NCBI GenBank assembly: GCA_050084985.1 | Contig: JBITNC010000001.1 | Span: 155,558,001 to 155,622,000, forward strand | DNA: 64,000 nucleotides | DNA from: Nageia nagi | Taxonomy: Eukaryota > Plantae > Pinophyta | Direction of reading: 5' to 3' | The notes under the pieces: generated by a model | Database searches by the model: none | The model's input: the letters and a program-made list of their open reading frames with translations, nothing else | Told to the model about the DNA's origin: nothing | Shown here: positions 53,860-64,000 of the stretch, in pieces | Position numbering within the stretch: position 1 is the first letter of the stretch | How the letters are laid out: every line of letters starts with the position of its first letter | Position numbers and translations under genes: made by a program

Positions 53860-54662
53860 TGTAGACACATCAAAATCACCTTTTTTCCTCCACCATTTGC
53901 ATCTCAACATTTTTTCTCTAATTGCTCTATCATAATATTTTTGACCTTGTATGGTGCTTCCTAATCGGTACTTCAATTTTCCTGATTAGTTAATCGATTG
54001 GCTTACTAAATGTCCAATCGATTAGGCCAACTATCATAGTGGTTAGGTATCAAATTTATAAAGTTAAATTTGAAATCAATTTTCCCTCTTTTATTTTTTC
54101 AAATCCTCTTACCTTTTGACCATTGTGGAGCCTTCTCTCTTTCACAATTGAAGCTTTGAGCAAGATTCTAATCCCTAATCACCTATAACACTTACTCTCA
54201 CATGTTTTGATAATTATTGCAGGTGTTGGGGAGCATTGGGAGCTATATTAAAATAACCATATTCTTTTAATTACATTTGTGTGAGAATGTAACATTATTG
54301 TAGGCTAGATTCATGGTAGTTTACTCTTATTTTTATCATTTTATCATTATCTTAGCATAGCATGAGAATTTCACCTTGCATTAAGCATTTTATTTCTTTC
54401 TAATACCCATTTTATTATGGGATAGAGGATCTAAATTTCATCAAGGAGGTTAAATAACTCTCTTTGAGATCACTCCAGGGTCTTAAGGGACTAGAGTGTT
54501 GAGACTCCCTCTAACATTTATCTTTTGTAGGTCTAGGTATCTAAGTAAGAACACATCCATCCATCATTTTGTCTCAAGATGAACTCTAACAAAAGCATGA
54601 TGGTGCAACCTTTATCATCCTCCCTCATTTGTGTAGAGAATCACCATTTTTTGGAGCATCCA
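53860..54662 (+). repeat. Internal (second) LTR copy of the 20945-56515 element
   Basis: Starts TGTAGACACATCAAAATCACC after a decayed PPT. Colinear with 20945-21630+30929-31039. Confidence 0.88.
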
Positions 54663-55702
54663 TAAAAACTCCTTCCTTTCTTTCCATTCAACATGGGGTA
54701 AGGTTTATCATAATTGATTCTCCATTGCTTTCCATTTAGCATGGGGAGAAGGTATCATTTGAGCATTATTTCATCTTAATTTCCATTCAACATAGGGAAT
54801 GATTTATTACTATTTATCTTTATCTTCATTTGGCATGAGGAATTATTTATCATCATTAATTATCTTTCTTTCCATTCAACATGGGGCAAGGTCATCACTT
54901 TTTTTCTTAATTTCCATTTAGTATGGAGTAAGGGTTTATCATTATGTTTTCTTTTGTTTTCATTCAACATAGGGAAAGGTATCGTTTATCATTATTAATA
55001 TTACTTTCCATTCAAAATGGGTAAAGATTTATTATTATATTTCCTTCTTGCTTTCCATTCAACATGGGGAAAGATTTATTATTTTTTTTCCTTTGCTTTC
55101 CATTGAACATGGGTAAGATTGAGCACTATTTTTTCTTTTCTTTTCATTCACCATGGGAAAAAAATGTCTTTAGCATTATCATCCTATTTTTTTCTTTTCT
55201 TTCCATTCAACATGGGGCAAATTTATCCTTATTTAGCATAGGGAAATGTTATCATCATCATTATCACTTGCAATAAGGTTTCTACTACCATTATTTTTGC
55301 TTTGCCTTCCATTCAACATGGGTTAAAGTCTCCTTTTGATATCATGATCATATCATTCAGCATGACTCACCTTGAGTACCAAACATTTAGTATAGTCATT
55401 AGTTAATCACCTTTGCATTGACCATATCATTGAGATCATTTAGCATTTTTCCCTTAGTGTGTGATAGGTTTACCTACCTACACATACCATCATGTTAATA
55501 AAATATCATTATTTATTGATCATTAATAATAATTAGAAATATTTTATTGATAATTACCATTCCATCATTTAATATTATAGATACCTTATTGAATATTAGT
55601 ATAATCATTCATCATTTATCATTCATAAATAGGCATCATCATTAACTTTAGCTTTATAGTTGAGTTTCATATCTTGTGAAGCTCATCTCAAAAGGGGACA
55701 TC
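54663..55702 (+). repeat. Duplicated 3'-UTR (tandem array + PPT) lacking the hAT and nested LTR insertions
   Basis: Colinear with 35740-36212 + 44879-45146 + 53762-53859. PPT AAAAGGGGA at ~55690. Confidence 0.85.
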
Positions 55703-56515
55703 TATAGACACATCAAAATCACCTTTTCCCCTTGATTGTTTGCATATAAAAATATTTTTCCTAATCACTTTATCATAACATTTTTGACCTTGTACATTAG
55801 TCCCTAATCAATACATTGATTATCTTGATTGGTTGATTGGTTAGCTTGATAATTGGCCAACCGGCTAGGCCAATTGTCATACTGATTAGGTGTTAAATCT
55901 ATTAAGTCAAATTTGAAATCCATTTTTCCCTCTCTTGTATTTTTGAATCATTTTTGTCTTGGTAATTGTAGAGCCTTCCCTTTCTCATAGCCAAAGCCTT
56001 GAGTAAGATCCCAAGCCCTAATAATCTATAACACTTTATATAACATTTTTTGATCATTCTTGCAGGTGTTGGGGAGCATTGGGAGCTATCTTGAAGCTAT
56101 TAGAGCACTTGTATCCTTTATGTATAATATTTATCATATTTTTATATGCATGTAGTATTATTATAGGCTAGATTTATGGTAGTTTAGTCTTATTTTATTA
56201 TTATCTTAGCATAGCATGATCATATTTCTTTGCATTATAGGCATTTACTTTCTTTTTAATACCCATTTGATTGTGGGATAGGAGATCAATATTTCATAAA
56301 GGAGGTTTAACACCTATATTTGAGAATACTCTAGGGTATTAAGGGACTATAGTGTTGATATTCCCTCTAACATTTCTATTTTTGATGTTTAGGTATCAAA
56401 GCAAGAGCATATCCATCTATCATTTTATCACAAGATGAAATCTAGCAAAAGCATGGTGGTGTAACATTGATCCTCCTCCCCCTTTGGAGAGGTCACTATT
56501 TTGGGAGAATACACA
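55703..56515 (+). repeat. Terminal 3' LTR of the 20945-56515 element
   Basis: Ends ...GAATACACA, followed by TSD TAGGG. Confidence 0.88.
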
Positions 56516-56726
56516 TAGGGTATGAACCTTAAAAAAGAATCATTAGGGTTACATTTCTAGGCCATTTTTATCATATTATCTTAGGTTTAGTAACTTAATA
56601 ATTGCTTAAAAAGGAGGTCATTACTGGTGATCTCATACATCTATTGATAATAGGGAGAATTAAAAATCATGACACAAACTTCAATCGTACAATTAAAGGG
56701 GTATCAATTTTTATCACAATAGTTTT

Positions 56727-56744
56727 TGGTATCGATTCCAAGGA
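56727..56744 (+). promoter_or_regulatory. Decayed Athila-type PBS (tRNA-Asp)
   Basis: TGGTATCGATTCCAAGGA versus TGGCGCCGTTGCCGGGGA (11/18, 5 of 7 changes C>T/G>A). It sits exactly where similarity to 63485 stops. Confidence 0.55.
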
Positions 56745-57099
56745 ACATTCATATTTATTCCATAAGATGATGGATCCTCTTGCTTAAATGATATACTTTT
56801 TGCAAACTGCTACCTTAAAATAACTCATATCTAGAAAAAATTACTTTATAAAGGTGTTGGTGACTCTGCAACAAAGAAAATAAGGATCTACAAGTTGGCC
56901 CACATAAAAAGAAAAATTGCACTCCTAGAAGTGTTGATAATTCTACTATTGAAAGAACCATATGAAAAGATTTAAAGCCATTGATACCTAGTATTTAAGT
57001 GTTCTTTATACCTAGTATTATTGTATTTCAAGGTTTCTCAACTATCTTTGAATATCAGTTGATAACAATGAGTATCAAGGGTAAATAAATAAACTATAT

Positions 57100-58800
57100 A
57101 ATGAGTAGGTATAAAACCCTTGATTTTATTAAATTTGTATTTTTCAATTTTATGCATATTAAAATATTTAAAAACTTACCTAATTTTCAAGAAAAATACA
57201 ATGAATCATCCAAAGAACATCTTTAAGAATTTTATGAGATTACAAATGAAATCATGGATGAACATGTATCCTTAAGATTATTTGTTAAAACCTTAGTAGA
57301 AAATGTAAGGTTATGGTTCACTAACCTCCTTCCTCATTCTTTCCTAGATTTTGAGACATTTGAAAAGATGTTTTTGAATGAGTTTGATATAAATAATATA
57401 AAAAAGTTAATAGAACCAATTTCAAGATCAAGTAACTTGATCATATTTATTTTTACCAAATGTGTAAAGCACCTCATAATCTTATAACTTGTGTCATTGC
57501 TTTGGTTTTATATTCTTGAGAGGATCTTATTTATCTAATTTCTTATGATGATTATATTAAATAAGAAATAAATGATGAACAAGCTATGGAATAAGCTCAA
57601 TAAAAAGAAGAAGCTCTAAGAGAAAAATCAATTGATAAAGATGAAAAAATAGGAAGATAAAAAAAAGGAAGATCTATTTCATTTATGCCTACCTTTTACA
57701 AACCAAATAAATTTTCTCCCTTGGATGAATCATTGTATGATATTACTTTTGAGAAGTTAATAAGTACAATTACACAAGAAAAAAATAATTCCATTGCTCA
57801 TTGATATGTATTTGAGGAAAATAAAAGTATTCAACATATTGAATCAGCTAGATAAGTGATGGGTTCACATTTCAGAAGTAAATATGGTTATAGGCTATGA
57901 TCAGATGCAAATATTGATACAAATGAATCAATTGATGGGCATAAAAATTTAATTGCTAAAGATAATATTGATTCATAAATTGAATATTATTTTAAAATAA
58001 TGAATGATGAAATTTTTGAGCAATCAAAATTGTTACATAATGATCAAGAATTAATACTTAAGAAAATATCAGATCAATAATTGCTAATAATTAATGCTAC
58101 ATCAACAAAATTGGCACTTATAGATATAGATATAGAAAGCTATTAAACCTAATTATTATCCATAAGAACAATGTTTATGCTCTAATGAAAATTTTAATAG
58201 TAACATATTCTTAAAGAAAATTGAGTAACAAGGGTCTATTCAACATTGTGAGAAGTATATGAGGTCAGAGTTACCACTTAAGAAATAAGGGATAAGATAA
58301 GGAAAATATAAAATGATACTCAAGGCATATTCAAAAGGAAATAAGTAATAAAAAATGTAGAAAATAATTTCAATTAGATTAGACCTAGAGAATGAGGAAT
58401 ATTTTCAAGAGGAATCATCAAAATAAGGCATGCCAACCTACATACCTAAGAGAGTAAGCAATGATGATATTCCAACCATTACAAATTTTTTATAGGAAGA
58501 GAAGCATGTATACTTTTGATGAATGGAAACTCAATCAAGGAAAATGAATAACAAGGGTTACTAGGATTACTTGACTGTGCAAACTTTGCTATTCAAAATA
58601 AAGAGTCATAGTTTCTAAAGAGAATAAGGTATCTTAGTGTTGGCATAACTTCAAGGTTAAATACAATAAAGGTTTCACAAATTTCCTTAACCAAATACTA
58701 TCAAAAATAATATTGGATAAAATTATAAGCTCTAGGCTTATATTCCCTCAAAGATATTCTTTTAAAAATGATTAACAGTCAATTGAGGAAAATGGTTTAA
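57100..58800 (+). pseudogene. gag: gag remnant (retrotransposon gag domain) with acidic downstream region; no pol
   Basis: LPNFQEKYNESSKEHL*EF..EHVSLRLFVKTLVENVRLWFTNLLPHS..FEKMFLNEF. The 3' extent is uncertain. Confidence 0.7.
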
Positions 58801-58961
58801 ATAACTTGCAAAGATAATCTAGATGCCATAAAGCACCTACAACTTAAAGATATGAATCCTTTATCCCAAATGAATCAATGGATTTTAAGCACTCATAAGC
58901 TAATAGTTTATTTTACCATCACCTAATCAACAACAAGTTAGATTAACTGGTTGAGAAGGAG

Positions 58962-61900
58962 TGTAACATTACACCACCCTATATACACTAGATTAGATTT
59001 GCTTTTGTATTTTTATTTTTTAATTTAAATCTCTAATATGGCCCAAAGATAAATGGTGTTATTAATAGATTCATCAAATATTTACTATTATCCATGCATA
59101 GCTAATGTTTGAATTTCTAAATTTCACTTGGAATTTCTAACATATCACTTTTTCTTCAGTTCTTGACTATTATTTTTCATTTTTGTTAGTTGTTCCTATC
59201 TATGTATCCTATTTTTTTATGATCTACTAAAGGTACTTAGGAACCTCTTCAATGATCACTATCGGGAGACTCTGAAAGTGCATTGACCAAAAATAGTCTT
59301 ATTAGGTGAAAAAGAGTTTTCCTAGATGTAAATATGAGCTCCCAAGATTGTGTTCCATTTTACATGAGGTGACATCATCCTATACATTGTTGCATTGCAG
59401 GGGAAATGTTGTTGCATTGTGTTTTCCATGAGCTAGCATTAGTAGTACTAATGTTGCATCATGACTAAGGAGTTACAAAAGTCATTTTACTCAATATCAT
59501 ATTTTCTAGGAGTTGATATCATCATTTACATTATCACATCCTAGAAAAGGTATTACAAAGACCTTATTACTCAATATTGCATTTTTTGCAAACTAATATC
59601 AACATTATAAGTGTTGTATCTTGGATTAGGAGTTGTCAAGGCTATTTTTCTCAATGCTACAATTACCAAGATTTGATATCATCATTTACCTTATCACATC
59701 CTAATAAAGGCTTTACAAAGGTATTAGTACTTAATATCATACTTTTCCTGAGATGAGAGAAACATTTACAATATCACAATGCAACCAAGGAGTTATCAAA
59801 GTTATTTTATTCACTACCATGATCATTAGAAGTTGATATCATCTTGCACATTACCACCTTGTGAGGGAAATGTTGCCACATCATATTTCCTATAAGTTGA
59901 CGTAAACATCTTCAGTGCCGCATTATGGTTAAGGAGATATAAAGGTTATTTTGCTCAATGATACGATTTTCTTGAGATGACATCATCATTTACCTTACCA
60001 CATCATGAATAAGGTATTATTTTTCAATGCCATAATTTCCCTAAGATGATTTCATCATTGTTAGTGCCACATCATGGCTAAGGAGTTACAAAGACTATTT
60101 TTGATCTGAAAATTTGGATCCCTTCAACATTTAGTAATCTCCATTTCAGTATGTTCATTGTAATCATCTTGTCTTCAGCTTTCCAATGCTTCTTTCGGAT
60201 CGAGAATCCGAGTCCGTATGTGGAAGTTATGGCTTTAAGTCCAGTTTAAGTATTTTTGAAAAAAAAAAAAAAATCAAAAAATATGGCGGGACCCGCCTGC
60301 CACCGTGGAGGCCACGCAGGAGGAGAAGGACCCGCCAGACCACGTCGTGACAAACCCGCCTGCCACAGAGGACCACGTCAGAGTCAAAAGGGACCACGTT
60401 GGAGTCAAAAGGGCGCACGTGGAGGTCAGAGGAGGTGACGAGGCGGGGAAAAGACCGCCCGCGTGACAGGGCCGCGTGGAGGATGCTGAACATTTGACCG
60501 CCCGACGAGCCGCCCACGCCAGCCCGCCTGACCGCCTGCGTCACCGCCTGACCAGTCAGCCTAGCCGCCCGTTGACCAGTTGACTTCTGCCCAGAACGCG
60601 CCACGTGGCAGCACCACAGCGCACCCGCCCAGTTTTGATTTATTTAACGTATTTTGGTGTTTTGCTAAGGTTTTTGGCGATTTTTGATTCGTTTAAGGTC
60701 CCATTTTTGGGCTGAGTTAATTTTTAAGCCTGTAACAGTTCAGAGGGCATTTTTTTCAGTTTTAAAAATTATTTTTAGGAGATTTTGGAAACCATTTGAG
60801 TCCAAATTTGATAGGAAGATCTAGGAGGTTAATGGGTATCTTAAAATATATTTTTTTCTAAATTTCAGAGTTGTAATTCTCTCTAATTTTAGCTCAAAAA
60901 GTTGTATAAAAAGGGAGCAAATTGTACAGAAGAGATTAAAAGGAGGATTTCGGGAATTGTTTCAGTTTTGTTGTGATTTTCAGAGCTAAGAGTGTTTTGT
61001 GAATGTGAGAGGAGGTTTTGAAGGACCAAGAAGGCCTTGTAAAGTGATTCCATCCATTGATAGTAGAGAGCTTTTGAGCTTGATGTAGCCCACATTGGGT
61101 GAACTAGGATAAATTGTGCTTGTCTCTTCTTTGGTGAATGCTTTTCTCTTCTCTGTGTTTACAAGTTTATTCCTGATTTTCCTTTACAAGCACTTAATTA
61201 TTTAAGTGTGAATTGATCCATTTGAAAGGTTAAATTTGAAAAATTGTAATCTTATAGTTTATGGATCAATTTTACTCAATGATGCATTTTCCTTGAGATG
61301 GAATTATCATTATCAATACCATGTCATATATAAAGAGTTATAAAATGTAATTCTACTCAATGCTATGATTTCTAGAAGCTGATATCACTATTCTTACTCA
61401 TATATTTTGGTTGATATCATCACCTTTGAAATGTGATAGTGCTTCTTTCACCGTTTCCTACATCAAAATAAGGTTTCTATTGATGTCATCAAAATTAAAG
61501 TATGGTAATGCTACTTTCATACTTTCCTATATCATGATAAAATTCCTATTGATGTCATCAACCTCAAAGTGTCGTATTGCTTCTTTTACCCTTTCTTGAA
61601 TCGTATCAAGGTTTCTACTAATGCTATTAGCCTCAAAGTGTAGCAATCCATATTATGTACTATTTGACCATGCTTACTTCATATTTGACTGTATTAAACC
61701 TTCTATTGTTCATAGTAGCTCAAATTCTTGCATTTCATATTGTACATGAGCTAATATCAACATTGATAATACCACATTATGGGAAAAAGACATATATTAT
61801 TATTATGAAAATTGATGTCAGTATACTTCTAGTAGAACATCCTGGGAGGGCAAGGATAACACTAAAATACTTATTCTCAAGTTGTTCATAATTTTTATAT

Positions 61901-63485
61901 CATCATCACAAAGTTACACTCCTAGGAAAGCAAAAAATAAGAAAATACAAAGGCTTCCAAGCACACTAGATGATGTCAATAGGACATATGCAAATGAGCA
62001 AAGACTGTTTGTAGATGGTAATTTTTTCCTAGAGTAAGAGTGAGAGAGATTTTGTGAATGAACACAAATATTTTGCAAAGCATTGAGGTATTCCTATCTC
62101 TTGAGATTTTCATTTCAATAAGATCAACATGCACATAAGAAGAGTGTAACAATATTAAGTAGTAAGGAAACACACTATTTCTTGGATCTTTACTTTGGTG
62201 ATATCAATACAAAACTTATCTAATCCCCAAAATTATGTGTATATAGAGTTAAATGAGCATTCATGATTGAGTTGATGGGGAGTAAAAGTATTCAACTTTG
62301 AAATGATCATAATTGCAAACCTAGTTAGGAGATTGCATGCAAAATAAGATAAATTTAGAGTACAAAGAAGAATATAAGGGTCACAACTATAGATCCTATT
62401 AGAAGTATTGCATATAGAACTCCATAGATAGTATCCTTCATAAATAATCACAATCGAGAAGGAAATAATTAAATATGGTAGTTGTAGACAATCTCAGAAG
62501 TGTAAGTGCTATCATTGATCAAGAATACTTGAAAGTAGGTGAAGATTTAATGGAAAAATTGATTGTAGATGATATGAGTAGAACTACAAAATAAGGAGGA
62601 TAAATATCCAAGTAGAAGTGATTTCACATATATTCTTATTATTTACCTATTTAATAGCAAAATGTATTATCTAGAGCCCATTCTATTTCCTTAATTCCTT
62701 TTTTTTCCTCCTCTATCATCCTTTAGAAAATTACTTTATTATTCATTCATTTTCTGGAGATATCTAGGCACTACATGATCATTACGACCCATGTATAGAA
62801 ACCATAGTAGTATTGTTATTTATCTTATTATCAAATTTTATCGATAGAGTTATTGTTAGTTTAGCTAGGGATTTTGTTATTCAGGATTTTGTTATATCAC
62901 TTGAAGAAAATTTTGTTCTTGTAATTTTGATTTATGTTCTATGATAATGAACCAGACTAATTAAACATAAAATTATAATATAATATAATCTCCTTTTGTT
63001 GCATATCTATTTTTATTAAATGAATTTCATTACCTACTATAGCCTTATATTATTTGAATGTTAAAATAGCATATTCTTCTTGAATATTTAGCATGGGTTA
63101 TTACATTTTTTGAATGAGAGATGTTGAGTGTTTGTTCAATTGTATTCTTTCATCCATATGGATTTGTTACCCCAATGGATCTAGGCACTAATATTTTTGT
63201 GATTAAATAGATGAGCCCATGGTGGTTGGTCATATTTATTAATACTATTTACTATTGTATTACTTGTTGATTGGTATTTAAGGTATAAACCTCAAGAAAG
63301 ACTCATCATGGTTACATCCTCAAGCTATTTTTATCATATTATCTTAGGTTCAATACCTAAAGAACTACCTAAAAAGGATATCATTACTAGGTGATCTCAT
63401 ATATTTATTTATACCAAGGAGGATTAATAGCCGTGACACTAGATTCAATCGCACAATTGAAGGGGTGTTAATTCTTATCATAATA
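58962..63485 (+). repeat. 3' LTR (~3.35 kb net) of the Athila-like element, interrupted by a solo LTR
   Basis: Begins TGTAAC after GAGAAGGAG. Contains 80-bp/160-bp (59440-60100) and 69-bp (61413-61640) arrays. Ends ATCATAATA, like ATCACAATA at 56721. Confidence 0.7.
60102..61268 (+). mobile_element. Young solo LTR (1167 bp)
   Basis: Termini TGATC...GATCA. TSD ATTTT (60097-60101, 61269-61273). The flanks rejoin into the 80-bp array. CpG-rich U3, TATAAAA at 60905. No PBS or PPT alongside. Confidence 0.93.
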
Positions 63486-64000
63486 GTTATATTAAATGAA
63501 ATATCCATTTTGGATGATATTATCATACTTTTGGTGAAAGTTTCTTTAATATGACATTGTGATATCTTCAATTGAAGTAAATAAACAATTTACTCTATTC
63601 AAAATAATTTCAAGTAAAAAAACATTTTTCTCTATTTATAAAAAATATGTAATAAATATCACATAATAACAATTAAATATTCAAAAAATTATGGATTAAT
63701 TTCAACCATCCATTTATACAATTATGAATCAATTTCAACCATTGGATTATTGTTAAACTTACAAAGAAGTGAAAAATGAGCTCTCTACCTCTATATCTTT
63801 CATTTTAGAATGTCTTTCAGGGTATTAATAAAAGTGTATCATTTGTAATATTTATTTAAGATATGATTTCTTTAGTTAAGATAAATAATACCTTTGGGAA
63901 AGATAAAATACACAACATAAGGTTGCTTTTATATTAGTTGAAAATATCATTATGATAAATAAGAAATATATAAAAGAAAAGCCTATCCTCTGGCCAAATT

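Larger units (their letters stand above)
20945..56515 (+). mobile_element. Gag-only (TR-GAG-like) Tat-type LTR element, ~7 kb core, expanded by three nested insertions and a 3' duplication
   Basis: TSD TAGGG at 20940-20944 and 56516-56520. LTRs of ~800 bp at 20945-21630+30929-31039, 53860-54662 and 55703-56515. Gag at ~32.4-34.6 kb, no pol. Confidence 0.88.
18575..63485 (+). mobile_element. Athila-like non-autonomous (gag-only) LTR element with very long LTRs; outermost member of the nest
   Basis: 18575-20944 joined to 56521-56721 is colinear with ~59640-63485. It is followed by a decayed PBS at 56727, a gag remnant, then PPT GAGAAGGAG + TGTAAC at 58962. Confidence 0.7.

Noticed and set aside
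60227-60604. 125-aa and 60-aa ORFs in the GC-rich patch
   Set aside because: They lie within the U3 of a solo LTR. They are open only because GC-rich repeats lack stops, and show no domain.
61900-63200. Possible minus-strand gag in the long repeat (TFTP motif)
   Set aside because: No gag core or zinc knuckle found. The region is better explained as LTR sequence.

Overview
AT-rich, strongly CpG/CHG-depleted plant (gymnosperm-like, by inference) repeat DNA. I found no intact host gene, and the window is a resolvable nest of decayed transposons. Left part: (1) the 5' LTR and tRNA-Asn PBS of a relatively young minus-strand Ty3/gypsy element (372-1488); (2) a decayed Tat/Ogre-type element (5071-~18570, minus strand) with gag-PR-G-patch-RT-RH-aRH-INT, an unknown extra ORF and an antisense plant mobile domain (PMD) gene. 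From ~18575 to 63485 lies an Athila-like gag-only element with ~3.3 kb LTRs. Its 5' LTR holds a gag-only element (20945-56515, TSD TAGGG, three LTRs). That element holds two unrelated pol-less gag + antisense-PMD elements (21631-30923, TSD CTAGG; 45147-53756, TSD ATAAT) and an 8.7 kb hAT transposon (36213-44870, 8-bp TSD TTTGCCTT). The Athila-like 3' LTR holds a young CpG-rich solo LTR (60102-61268, TSD ATTTT). The most interesting candidate system is the hAT element. It carries a second, convergent, spliced PMD-like/coiled-coil gene plus three non-coding arrays sharing one short motif, an architecture reminiscent of VANDAL/VANC sequence-specific anti-silencing. All protein assignments are by eye from degenerate frames.
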